DNA of 64,000 nucleotides from Laetmonice hystrix (taxonomy: Eukaryota), in assembly GCA_965235115.1 (NCBI GenBank), contig OZ249439.1:12710001-12774000 (forward strand), given 5' to 3'. How positions within the stretch are numbered: the stretch's first letter is position 1; every line of letters starts with the position of its first letter. Below, piece by piece: positions 24,865-38,772 of this stretch. The notes below the pieces were generated by a model. It was not told where the DNA came from. It ran no database searches and saw only the letters and a program-made list of their open reading frames with translations. Position numbers and translations under genes: made by a program.

Positions 24865-27255
24865 CAGTGTGTCATGACGGTGCTGTCATCTCCCTCGGCA
24901 AGCAAAGCGTTGGTGCTGGCACTGATAGTGCAAGGTACACGAGGTACCAACCGGGTTGTTGGTGGGCTGGGGAAGGCAGCGACCTCTATGGGTGACTATA
25001 AACATTGTATGGGTGCTACATGCGTAGCCAATCACAGACCCAACCCGCAGTCAGTGAGTGCTAAACGTCTATCGACACTCAAGATAACATATTCCTAGGT
25101 GCTGTTATTCATATCTTATTTTCAGTCACGCCCATCATCTTATAAACAACCTCGCTTGGTACTTCAAAAGCGTTATGGTTACTTTATAAAGAAGAGACAG
25201 TTAAACAAAGCTTGCTGGAGGTCAGCAAACCGGTCATAAACAAAGATAATGTCCAACATGAACATCAGTTTCAAATGCCACACCAATCAGATATTGGTGA
25301 CCAAGTGCACGACGTTCACGTTGACGTACCCCGGTTTGGGGATGAATGCCACCATAATTTTCTTTACATCAATCCATTCTAATATAATATGCCCATTTTA
25401 ACGCTGCCAACAGATGCAACCCAATTCCTAGGATTCCTGGAAATCCTGGAGCTGCGCACCCCTCCTTAACCCTCCATGCAATACAAAACGGTGCGGCAAA
25501 TCTGACGGCTTTAAAGCGATTCGTTGTTAAATTGACTTCCTTTTGTATTATTTGTTATCCTAAAACCTATTCCGATTTCTACACGACTGAAAGCCCACAG
25601 TTGGAACAACACCATCTCATTTGCACATAATTCAAAGACTGTATTAATAAAGTATCGCATGGCTTAAAAACTCCCGCCCTTTCCTTTGACTATGATGAAA
25701 TATTTTCCCCGATTCACACGCAGAGAATGACGATTCATAAAATCACAAAGAGGTCATTGCTCACGACCTTGGCAGCCATGACCTACTTTAGGGTTTCCAC
25801 GGGGCAAACAAAACAATGAACGCCTGAATCAGGCGGTTTTTTTGTGTCCTCGTGGAAACTGATCATGGCTGTCCCAGGCTTTGAAGTACACAACATTTCT
25901 CGGAAATAATGTGGAGCACTGTGCATCAGTTATGATATTTTTTATTCTTCCTTTCTTTATTAGGAAGAATTACCAGGAGTGATGCGTCTTACCACGGTTG
26001 TTATTCATCAAAAGCGTTTGATCCTCCCCCCTGTCGCAAAGTAATACATTTTCACAAAAATCTGGTTTTGTGAATTCATGTATCAAAAGATTATGATAAA
26101 TCGGGCCATAATGGGGCTAGTGTAGGCCTAAATACAGGTGTTGGGTGAACTGACACTTTCAAAAGATGTAAAATGTACAATATAGAATACGGCAAACGTG
26201 TATCTGATCATCAATTGTCATTTTTTTAAATGTTTGACTGTGTGCACGTACTCACATCTAGATACTGAAAGGTTAAAGCTAAGGTAAATCCCAAACTTAA
26301 CCAGAATCCCCTAGGCAGCCATGGACTAACGGAAGCTATACAGCGAGATACCAGCTCAGATGGCTGGACACAAACGTCCGTCGGTTTAGCCCTTACCTGT
26401 GGCAAAAGGTTCCGTCTTTAAATAGGTTGGTCAATGATAATCCGTCATGTCACAGAAAGCGGCCCATTATAATTGTGGTTTGTGAATCAGTCGTGATGCT
26501 GCCACCTGGCGGTGTGTACCGGAGGCTGCATGTCCTGATCATACCGGAGATGGTACATGTACATGTATTTGTAAAGTATTGACAAATCAATGAGCCAAGT
26601 GTACAGCGATCTGACATACAGATCCGAGCCAGCCGCCGTTGGCTGACGGGTTTCATGTTCTCAACATGTCTGACCGCCGTTTGAACACTGGGAGGGGAGG
26701 GGCCGGCTCACCCTGACCGCGCGGCGCCCATCTCCAGTGTCATCATTAATCTGAACTCTCAGCCTAATAATGCTTGCACGTGTTGTTCCTGGCACACATG
26801 GCAAGGTCCCATGCGCGTGCTGGCGCGGTAGATGTTACTATTTTCCTGGTGTGCACGGTTTTACATGACCACATGTCTGGCCTCTGGCGCTACACTTCCC
26901 AGTCTGCCTCATCTTGTCCATTGTCTACCCCGATTTGTCTACCCTGCCCTCTCTCCCAGCCTGATCAAAATTAATTATGTTAATTAATTCATCGGGGTGT
27001 CGTCAATGCACACCCCCATCTTTTCATACCCTGACAGGTCCATCTAACCTGTTATTATACACGGGCCACATTTTAGGGGTCAAACATGAATAGCTAGTGG
27101 CGCGCTTTGAGGAATCTGGGATTTTCTGCATTCACAAGGAGCCTGGTGTTGTTGCATGTCAGCAAACCAAGCACCTTTCTACGGTCGATACACGCGATTG
27201 ACAGACAGAGTGAGAAAAAACTCACTGCCATGTAGAAAGGGCCGGCCTCAGTAGG

Positions 27256-27458
27256 CATGTCACACCCTATCAATACGGAGGTGATCCTTTGTTCACACCC
27301 TATCAATACGGAGGTGATCCTTTGTTCACCCCCTATCAATACGGAGGTGATCCTTTGTTGGTGATCCTTTGTTCACACCCTATCAATACGGAGGTGATCC
27401 TTTGTTCACACCCTATCAATACGGAGGTGATCCTTTGTTCATAGGGTGGGCTGACATG
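27256..27458. repeat. 33-bp tandem array (~5 copies) inside imperfect inverted repeats
   Basis: Unit acaccctatcaatacggaggtgatcctttgttc. Flanks catgtcacaccctat / atagggtgggctgacatg are inverted. Confidence 0.8.
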
Positions 27459-28001
27459 GATCTGAAGAACTTCTCATATAAAGCAAGGTCAGATAACCAA
27501 AATTTAACTTCCACTTGAATTTTTTCGGCCAGTGTTTCTGACCACAAAATTAGTTGGTTTTTTTTTCTACTGTTGCTTCATAGATGAAGTTAAAATACAC
27601 GCGTATTATAGATTTTATTTTCTCCAACTTGCTCTGAGATTTACAGAAAGATCGGGCGGTTAAGCCGGGATCTACAATCGGTAATCCTCGGAAACCATTA
27701 ATCCAAGGGCAGGTTATAAACCATGAATACATGGATATATTGTCAATCCAGGGACACACCGTTACATCAAGAGATATGTTTTTTTGTGACAAAACAGCCC
27801 GGAGAGATATCACGGTCGGGAGACAATAACATCTGATCTTGACCACGCTGTGTACCGCCGTGAGAACCACCCGCCATCTCCTTCCACCCTTGTACAGTAA
27901 GTAACGGGGGGGGGGGGGGGTCCCCATAGGTCCCGACAGGGTGTGCTACAGATGACGCCCACAATACGAATCCCTGCCTCACTCACACTCTCTGCTCTAT
28001 A

Positions 28002-28443
28002 GAAATCATTCAGCAATTAGGGATATGTTGATAATTACATCACGTTACTTGGAGATACTTGATACACAATTACATCACGTTACTAGGAGATGGAGGCTGT
28101 GAAATCATTCAGCAATCAGGGATATGTTGATACACAATTAAATCACGCTACTAGGAGATGGAGGCTGTGAAATCATTCAGCAATCAGGGATATGTTGATA
28201 CACAATTACATCACGTTACTAGGAGATGGAGGCTGTGAAATCATTCAGCAATCAGGGATATGTTGATACACAATTACATCACGTTACTAGGAGATGGAGG
28301 CTGTGAAATCATTCAGCAATCAGGGATATGTTGATACACAATTACATCACGTTACTAGGAGATGGAGGCTGTGAAATCATTCAGCAATCAGGGATATGTT
28401 GATACACAATTACATCACGTTACTAGGAGATGGAGGCTGTGAA
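28002..28443. repeat. 68-bp tandem repeat (5 full copies plus partial)
   Basis: gaaatcattcagcaatc... recurs at 28101, 28169, 28237, 28305 and 28373. Confidence 0.93.
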
Positions 28444-31400
28444 AAAAAAGAAGATGATAAAGGGATGTTAAACATGCGATGGTTCCATTACGATAAAACC
28501 ACGGCACGGCAGTGAAGGCAACCACCTCCCAACATTCCCAATCTGACTTTGTCATTTGATACGGCCGCACTTCGTGACTGGCAAGGCAGCATCGTGACCA
28601 ACTTAACGATCATGCCTGACATTTACCTCTCATGGTCACCGGTTTATTTTCATCTTATTTTTTAATAAATACAAAGCAAGTTGTCCTACAGCGTCTGGTC
28701 TTCGTGTCTACACCAGTATAGAGAACATGCCCTGGGCAACATGTGGTCCTACCTAAAAGGCTGAGAATCTTGTAGCTGTTATTCTTAACGAATCAAATTT
28801 ACCCATCCTTTTTTTGTCAAGCCATGATATAGGCAATCTTCGCATACTACGTAACTGAAAAGGTAAACTTCTGATCTTTGAGAAATCTGGCGAGTGTAAT
28901 GAGGTCTGAATGGAAGAGTTGAGTTGGTCGTTGGAGGGGTAGCTCTTAGTGAAATCTCAAAGTTTATAGCCTTCCTAACATGTAAAGCAGAGGGCAATAC
29001 GGACTGGTCGTCTGTCGCTGGTAATCACAATGATACAAACTCGGGCGTGACTTAGTTACTAGTACAACATCTACATGTGTTTATGACTTGCCGCTGGCCG
29101 GGGGTTTCCCTAGCAAAGGGATTTCCTCATTTTCTGAGGCCATTCTGATATGGCATAAAATGTCATACCAGTAGACATCCGCCTGAGGCCTGAGAACATT
29201 ATGTCCCTCAAGAAGAACTGAATAAGTAAGAGTGCATTAAAAAAGTTTTCTTGCCCTGAAGGTGGCCTATAACATCCATTATAGAATATCAAACAACTAA
29301 ATTACCTCTGATATTTTAACATGTCAACAAGTATAGGATAAAAATTTAAAACTTCCCTAGGAGTTCAATCTTTTTGGTCCCTCTGATGAACCGAGAGCAA
29401 CTCCCCCTCACCGTCTGCCAATCTCCTTCATCTATACCAAATTATGTGTGACGTCAGTCAAAAGATAAAACCTAAAGAAAACTGAACACCTGAATGGATT
29501 GGTTGCATGTGCATGCCAGGTACAAGTAGTCATGAACATTTCATTGCGGCTGTGTGTGTGTCTGAAGCTTTGCCAGCACACCAGGTGGTAACCAGTCAGC
29601 CAAGCCCTCTACCTACAGACACCGCCACAGACAGGTGAGACCATGAATGGTGGAGGGGGGGGGGGGGGTAGTCCAGCCTGTCAATCACGGCAGTGGATTC
29701 ACACAGCGGCCAACCATGACTCGGCTCCCTGCAGCCCGAGGAGGACGATGGCGCCCATGGTTGTCGTGTCTCACCGAGCCGAGGAGAGTGGTACAACCGA
29801 CTCCAACCGAAGAGATGTTTGCATGCCTGACGGTAGATGGCCAGACTCGCCGACTCCAGCTCACCTGTCTGACAACGTTCAGTTAGACGTCCCGACACAA
29901 GGACGACATTGGCATCATGAGCAGTTCACTGTCTCTCTCACCGTGTCGTCAGCCTAACAACGTCACCAACCCTCCCCACACGTCAGGCCATTTTTGGAAT
30001 AATTTTTTTTAAATAGAGCTGAACTTTTTTTACAAGTTGCATATTAAATCAGGAGTCTTTTCATTTACCTGATATCTTTAGGACGTAGGACTCTATGTTT
30101 CAGTGGCCCTGGGTCCTGTAACCTACACAATGAAATTCAGTGGGGTTGAAATCAAATCCGTAATAGTGAATGCCTGACCGAAACGAACCACTGATCAAGA
30201 GGTCCAATATGGGGGTGTTCGAGAGGATTCCCCTCCATCCCTAACTTTCAAGAAATTCGAATAGACTTTAGAATCAGACCTCTTGAATGAAGAAGTAAAC
30301 TTCATAGAAAGCAAAAGAGTCCTCATCAATCCACGTTAAAATGAGAATGATTCTGTCTGAAGCTGCCTACCAATCATCAATACCAGCTCACCTCCCACAG
30401 CAGCTACCATGAAACCACAGGGCGGCATTCGAGGGCCTCACAACCTCCTGGGGGGTCCTCACAGAGTCAGCAAACCCCCGGCAAACACCCGACCCTGACT
30501 CTTCAATGTCCGCGTGACGTGAGAAGGGGTAATTATTACAGTGAAATATGTGTACAAAAGCCTGATGTTCAAACATAAAAGTATTTCTCTCATGTTAAAA
30601 CGAAAAGCGCACATAAAAGGCATGGCCTTGGGTGTCTCCATGCCCCCCCCCCTAGTCCGGATACGTATCATTATATTGCGAGTTGTTGCAGTGTTGCTGG
30701 TGAAGTCTGCACACAATCTATGGTACAGACTTCACTTCACTTCACAAATCCAAGCTCTTGACATGTGTTTATGACACTGGTCAAGCGTAGGCGTCGGCCA
30801 TCGTTCTACCGAGAGATACCAGTCCCGACATGTTACCTGGCCGGCCTGTGGGGTGGGTACGGGCGGCTGTCTCCACCAAACACCGCTCGGCCTAACGAGG
30901 GAATAGAGACCGCGTGGAGATAAGGTGTGATCGGCCAATCAACTGGGGCTAGTCCTTTGGGGGCGGCTGTGTGTGGGAGCACACTCGGGCTACACTCACA
31001 GGCCATACGTCAACAACACCACTAACAGGATCAAATATTTACACCATGCTCTGGTAACAAGTTGCCAATGCTTGAGAAACTATTCAGAACCATAGTTAAT
31101 AAACGAAAATCACGCCGACTTTATCTAAATAAAATATCCATGTGTCAGTCTGAGGCAAGTGTTTGACAATCACTCCAACTCTTTTATCAATTTAGACTTT
31201 GTTCCACAAATATTTGGATTTTTATCAGTTTGAAGCTCTTTCATGCAAGGAGAAATCGGTCAATAAGGTTGGGTAGCTTACTATAGCTGTTGACACGATT
31301 AAATACCGGTACAGCTTAAGGTGCTACTGTTATATGGCGATTACTAATACAGAGACCATACCCAAAGTACCTGCTGCCTACCGTTCCTAGATCAAGTCCT

Positions 31401-34400
31401 CCGCGGCCCCTCACAGGATCACCTACCTAGGGTACTGGAGGAAACACTAAAGTTGTGCTCCGGTAATCCTCCACGCTGGTTCCCGGCAGACAGGCGACCC
31501 GCTGACCGGGCACGGGTAAGTGGTCTGATTACCATGTGAACTGGACTTTGTGCGAAGGGCGGGAGGGCTCGGTGGTGTGGCCTACACTGATCCTCAACCG
31601 GACCACTAACTCCGAGCCGGTGCCTCTGTTGCCCACCTTGCCACCGCTACCTAGTGCCAATCAACAGGTGAGCTCAAGGCGTGCACACATACTGTCAGCT
31701 CTCCCCACCAGCCGGCGCTTGTACCTGTGGGGCCCAGTATCTCCTCCCGACTGTCATAAGGCCCTGAACACCATGGGTCCTCTGGGGCTTACCCCACCAC
31801 CTGTGGGTCTTCTCGGGCCTCCTTGTCACAGATGGGTGTGTTGGATTGCTGTTGAAACCAGTGGTATCCCCACGTGGCAGGGCAACTGCAACAGGGATTT
31901 CCCAACCTGGATGAGACTAGAAGGGACGAGGGGAGAGCCAAATCCTCTTCCGGAAGTTCTGAGGCCCTCCCACTGCAAAAAGCTACACCAATGTACCAAG
32001 TATATGCCACACAAGGGTTCCTTTCGTAGCTTTGTCTCAGGTTGGGTGCACTATGCAATTCTGATATCGATCGAAGTAATTGGCTAAATGGATTGGGGTA
32101 TATTTCAGGAATCATGCTGCAATCCGTAGATTACTGCCATGAAGGGTTGAGTAATTAGATATCTCCTCCCTCTGGCTGAGTGGGTCGTTCTTCAGCCAAG
32201 AAAGCTAGCTATTAGCCACTCTCAGCTCTGACGTCCGGAACTTCTGCACACTCCACGCAGAGAAAGCTTCCTCTTCCGGTATTCTGGTATACTTCAACAT
32301 CCGTGTCGAGCTGGTAGTGTAATTAAACTACTAAAAGTCACTGACGCTCCCATATTGTGGTCATTTCCCTCACACAGGAGGGTTATCGGTTAACATTTTG
32401 ACCCTGGGGTTGTTGAAGAAATTGGGAGGGAATTTATTCGCACAGTCTAGGCCTGCGGCTAACTTTTTTCATGCAATATTTCCCTTCTGCGTTATTCTAA
32501 CTTCACTCAGATCTAGGTTAGGATCAGCAACATGCTGCGACCAACACATGTTTTCATCACCCACAAATAAGGTCCTATCTGACGCCATGATATATTTCTC
32601 AGAATTTCTTCATTTATTCAATGCAAACAAATTCAGACTATTGAAGTAGGTATAGTATCTGCAATTTGTCATCCATCAATACTTACTAGACAGTCTGTCT
32701 AGTCTCCTTGATATGACCCTGGCTGTTACTGAAGCGTGGCCCATCCAATCCCAAATTCACCGTGCCCCCCCCCCCCCCCCCACCGCCCCCCACGGCGGGG
32801 CTGAGGGCATCCAACCCGTGCCCTTGTCACACTGGCTGGCTGGGGCTTGCGGCACCCACTTCCGCATCCACTACGGAAACACTTCTGCACGGAGGGTGCA
32901 ATATCACTTCATGCCCCACTAGTGACCCGTTGGCCCTGACGAGGGCGCTTTCTGAGTGCTGATAAAGCTGTCGTTAGGAGTCTGAGAGCTGAGTGGGTGC
33001 CGGGGGTTACTCTCTGAGAACACCTCTCGGCCGGTACAGTCAATGGGGGTGAGTAGGGGCCACTCGATCAATGCCTTGCCTCACATTATCACTCGTCCAC
33101 AACACTCAACCAGAGTGAAATACGGCCACCGCCACAGGCCACTTTCTCTCACACCAAAACCAATATCGTCTTGAACCCCCCTCCCCGCCCCCGCCAAGAT
33201 CCGAGGGTCTCTTACGGAGAATTTACCTCCAGGACGCAGTCAAGAGGCGACATAACAAAGTTATAATTCAAAGTTAGAAAGGCAAGAAATCCTGTAAAAG
33301 TAAGAAAGAAGCAAAGAAAGGTAAGAATGAATGAGAAAGGACACATGATGATCACAGATGTAGGAATATGAATAGAAGAGAAAACCAACACTAAAATCGA
33401 TTTAAGTATTGATATTTTTCAAAATTCTGATAAATATAACAGAATTAGGTCTTTCTACGTGAACTGGAGCCCGAAAAATCCCAATCTCCGACCTGTTGGT
33501 GAGTCAAAAAATGAGAAGCCAGCCAGCTAGCCAATCATTCACCAGCCAACCTGCCCGCCTTGCTGAGAAACTGAGCGCTGCATGGGCTGAAACTGCAAGA
33601 AACTGTGTCTGCATGGGTTTTTAACAAGTAAATAACGGGGTTGCGGTTTGGACAGTGCCTGAGCCACGTGAGTGACTCACCCAGGAGGTGCTCACACCTC
33701 ACCCAGTCTGAACCCTAATGAATCACTCCGCCACCTGCCTGTCTGTCTTTCTGTCTGTCTGTCGGCCTGCCGGTGGCCGACCACTCACATCATTAACTCG
33801 TATACAAGCCGCTTTAAATACTTGATCACGCTGTAGGGCAAACAAGAGGCCACCCCTGGCCCCGGTGGAAAAAGCCAACAGTCATTGCTACTTTTTAATT
33901 AACACGTCAAAGAATGAATACAGAAAATAGTAAACTTCTTCCTTTATCTGACAAATGTAGGAAATTTAAAAACGAATATTTTTAAAACCTATTCAGGATC
34001 AATGTTAAATTAATGCAGACTCCAATGGCCACCATTACCGGGAACAGCTTGCCAGGTTTGATATTTTTCAAAATTTTGATAAATATAACAGAATTAGGTC
34101 TTTCTACGTGAACTGGAACTGAATGAACGGCCAACACCAGGAGAAGGAGATAGAGAAATCACATTGACCTTAGCGTGACCAGACGCATACTTATTATAAT
34201 AAAAACATCTTGGGCCCCTGGATGAAAAGACACATATCAGAAAGGAAACTCCACATTTCGGGGCCATTGCTGAATATTAGAGACACACCCTGCAACAACA
34301 AGTTCACGACACCCTTGATTCTAATGTTATCATGCACTACGTCAGGGGTAAATCTGCATGGCGACGCGGATTCTCAATGTGGACAAATATATTCTGATCG

Positions 34401-36355
34401 TACCTAGATACATAATTCAACTCATTACAATTCAAACAAAATAACAAGCTGATCTCTAGAGACAGAACGCAAGTGATCACAAACAGAACTTCACACAACA
34501 TGGTGGATTCTACCGTAAAACATGAACACAACGCTAGGATTTAGAGCTTCTCACTTATAACTCTAACGTCATGCAAAAATTTTACGGTTACGAAATTATG
34601 AAAGGTCATCTTGAAAGTCTTTTTAAAGCAAGGGTGTTAATTTATAGAGCTTATTAAAGCAAAAGGGAAGGATTGTGCTCAAGGGGCCTGCTGGTGGGTT
34701 CATTCTTCCCTGAGGATCTCTCCTCGCGGTAACTACCACGAAACTGCAAGGACAGTGTAAAAGTTCCACAAGAACATCTTCAATCCAATAACAGCTCTAC
34801 AACAACCACTGACGACAGTCACACAAAACACCAAGCTCTACAACGTCAGGCCTACCTTGGACCAGCAGTTCCAACTCTTTAGCTGCCATATTTTGAAGAG
34901 AAGAAAAATGCATTAAGATAGGACATGCAGTGATGCAGACTGCATCTACCACCGCTGAAATCTAACAATTTAGAAGAGGGTTACCAGAATCAGGTACAAT
35001 TTCTCTAACAAAATGCCACCTCTTTGCATAACGCTCACGATACCAAACCTAGAGACTAGTGCCGACACCTGGCGTTACTCAGTGTAACCATATCATTCCC
35101 CAAAATAAGGGACGTGCAGCAATTATATGGGATCATTCAGTATCTCACATAAATACCACTCCCACCCACCACGCGGCAACGAAAAAACGTAAAGTTGTTA
35201 TCATTATGATATTTCTGAGGACTTTTTCTTCAGTATGAATTCAGGAGAATGTAACGTGTGACATTACACATACACCGAGGAGGGAAGTTTGTGGACTAGT
35301 CCCAACCATCGGTTATCTGCCATCGCCTGGTAGAACCGCTCGATGGTACATTAGACCACTTGATACCATCAACATAACGTGAAAGATGACTGTTAGCATC
35401 AACCTGTAGCTTCCTTTAGTCAGTAGTCATGTGTAGTCATCCTAATTCGGATTCTTCAGCATCCATCCAAGACACTTAAATGTCTTTTGCTACTTTAGAC
35501 CATCATAGACTGACGTAAATGCAGTTTTGATATATATGCTGAATATTGATTTAATTTAACCTATGAAGGGTGATACTGCCAAGGCAGTCTTTACTGAGTC
35601 ACTCGGTACCTGTGTGTCACCCATTCCTCACCAGGGGGCATCACTATCTGCTCAGATTTTTCTCCCGTTCATGTTCCGTTCATGGCCAGGGGCAGCAGAA
35701 TTGCGGTACTTACCTGCAAAGATAGAAACATCAGAAATTGGTATGTGTAAAAAAAATTAGGGTTTTCATCATCGTCTGCTTCCCATAAATATATTCAAGT
35801 GAGAAAACCATCTATGTTTACACTACATTTGATTTGATCAGACACAACAAGCTGGGACGATAAGTTTGCTGGCAATATCAGATCTCAGCTCGGGTCATCA
35901 GGAAGCGTGAAATTACGACCAATCAGGTTGAAAGGTCCACTTCTACTGACCACCCTGGGCGGGAGCCAGGAACAAACATCTCCTGCCAACCACACGTGGG
36001 CGGGCGGCTGCCCGACACCTTGCCAACTGATCCCACATCCTCCGACAACCCGACCCAAGAGTCTTTTGTCTCCAACGAGGTTCCCGGATGTTTCCCCCTG
36101 TGATATTCTTATGACCTCCTGTCTATCACTGGCTGTCCATCTCTTCTAATCAGTTCAAACAACACGTGTCCGTGCTATGAGATTCAATCGGTAAAACTCC
36201 AGGTGCTGTGACCAGGCCAATGCCAACAAACATGGAACTAGAATAGCCATCGAACATACCAATCAACCTATACCATTCCTGATCAACATGAGATTATCCA
36301 AATGTAACCAGTAATATGAGATTATGTCATTATGTATCCATCAACACGAGACCGG

Positions 36356-37348
36356 GAATATGTCAGACTATGGCACAGACCCATGATCCCGTGATTATGT
36401 CAGACTATGCCACAGACCCATGATCCCGCGATTATGTCAGACTATGCCACAGACCCATGATCCCGCGATTATGTCAGACTATGCCACAGACCCATGATCC
36501 CGCGATTATGTCAGACTATGCCACAGACCCATGATCCCGCGATTATGTCAGACTATGCCACAGACCCATGATCCCGCGATTATGTCACACTATGCCACAG
36601 ACCCATGATCCCGTGATTATGTCAGACTATGCCACAGACCCATGATCCCGTGATTATGTCAGACTATGGCACAGACCCATGATCCCGCGATTATGTCAGA
36701 CTATGCCACAGACCCATGATCCCGTGATTATGTCAGACTATGGCACAGACCCATGGTCCCGTGATTATGTCAGACTATGCCACAGACCCGTGATCCCATA
36801 ATAATAATTATGTCAGACTATAGGCCACAGACCCATGATCCCGCGATTATGTCAGACTATAGACCACAGACCCATGATCCCGCGATTATGTCAGACTGTG
36901 CCACAGACCCATGATCCCGCGATTATGTCAGACTATGCCACAGACCCATGATCCCGCGATTATGTCAGACTATGGCACAGACCCATGATCCCGCGATTAT
37001 ATCAGACTATGCCACAGACCCGTGATCCCATAATAATAATTATGTCAGACTATAGGCCACAGACCCATGATCCCGCGATTATGTCAGACTATATGCCACA
37101 GACCCATGATCCTGCGATTATGTCAGACTATGGCACAGACCCATGATCCCGCGATTATGTCAGACTATGCCACACACCCATGATCCCGCGATTATGTCAG
37201 ACTATAGGCCACAGACCCATGGTCCCGTGATTATGTCAGACTATATGCCACAGACCCATGATCCCGCGATTATGTCAGACTATGCCACAGACCCATGATC
37301 CCGTGATTATGTCAGACTATATGCCACAGACCCATGATTCCGCGATTA
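36356..37348. repeat. 37-bp minisatellite, about 26 copies, with higher-order variants
   Basis: Unit gattatgtcagactatgccacagacccatgatcccgc. The variant gatcccataataataattatg occurs twice, ~232 bp apart. Confidence 0.95.
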
Positions 37349-38546
37349 AGCCACTCACTGACCACACACTGAGTAACCTTGGGACAACCCATGGGCAGGC
37401 ATGATGCAGTGAGTATGGTTGTTAGAAGATATCCGATGTTACGTACATTAAAGACAGGCGTCACGCACCAAAATCAAAGCCGGTAATCATACACGGCTAC
37501 CATTTGCCCCACAGGTTTCTAACTTACTTAGTCCTTTGCTTGTCGTGACGTGCAGCGGCCCCTCTGCCTAAATTATCTTAACCCAGAACTGTACATGACG
37601 AGCTTAACCTGAATGTAGGCGACTGGTTTATAAACCCAATTTATCATACTGTTTATGTGTGTATAAGGAGTCTATAAATAACTTTGGTTTGGCTCAGTTC
37701 AATTAACTTGGTCCCAGCTTAAATACACAGTGGTAATGATATAGAGATTAACATTCTGATACACCATGTCAATAAACACGAATCACGGCGACAAATCAAA
37801 AATCGAAAGTTCACCACATTTCATCAGAAAGCATACAGCGTAGTACATGGGAATGCCACAACGGAATCTTGATCATCCTTTACCAGAATTTAACCTTCTA
37901 TTCTATGATATTATCACATATTACTGGCATAGAAAGGGGGCGGGGAGGTGTCCCTGATTTTGACGCTTCAACTATACATGAACTCGGCTGTCTTTGTAAG
38001 TAGGTATCTTGAGGTGCCAAAGTACGTAGCAGCATGGTTCAGGTGAGAGGGGGTTCCCGATTTTTCTACCTCCTGTAATGGAATCTCTTGTAGAAAAGAA
38101 CTAAAGTTAACTGAAGCTGTAACTAGAATGTGTACTACTCTACATTTTTTAAATATGCACATAACGGTCCCTCAAATACTCTGATAATTATACAATGTCT
38201 CGTGTGTTGTAAAACTGTCCTCTGAAGACGGTGTGGTTTATTCAGTTTACTGAACTATATCAAAACTCACCTGACCTTGGGTCAGGAGATAATTAAACTG
38301 CATTGGCTGCCGATGTCCCGGTCATGACCGCTCTCCCCACTAATCCCATGGCCATAGATAACTAATAGAACTTATGGGACTGATCAAAAGGGGATTGTCG
38401 CTTTATGCAGCTCGTTGTTATCAACTTGTGAGTGGCCGCCCATGTAATGGCATCACGGCCCGCCGGCCGGTGGTGGGCAGGGTTTGAGGGGACCCACAAC
38501 CGTCACAACTGGGATCTGCTTGGAGTTCCACCTAACACACAGCGAT

Positions 38547-38772
38547 CTATAACTCTTTATCGTTCTTCTGCTCCAGTCTGAAGGCTGGTGATGAATAAAT
38601 CTTCACGCCAGACAGGAGTGGAGGCGCTATCTCTGCTGAAAGCCTATGATTAGAACCTGTGTCAAATCGGGCTGCATAATCGACAGGCTGAGAGGGGCGA
38701 TACCGGTCCGGCGGTAGGTAATATTTCACAGCAAGGTCGCTGATGCTCTCAGCACTGGCGCTACGGTCCAAC
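38547..38772 (-). other. Candidate terminal coding exon of a gene or pseudogene nested in GAB intron 1
   Basis: Acceptor tatccAG|G, 74 open codons (LDRSASAESISDLAVKYYLPPDRY...) to TAG, and AATAAA on the minus strand at 38237-38242. No recognisable homology. Confidence 0.35.

Noticed and set aside
33409-34117. Mini-LTR retroelement (TRIM)
   Set aside because: The direct repeats lack TG...CA ends, a PBS/PPT and a TSD.
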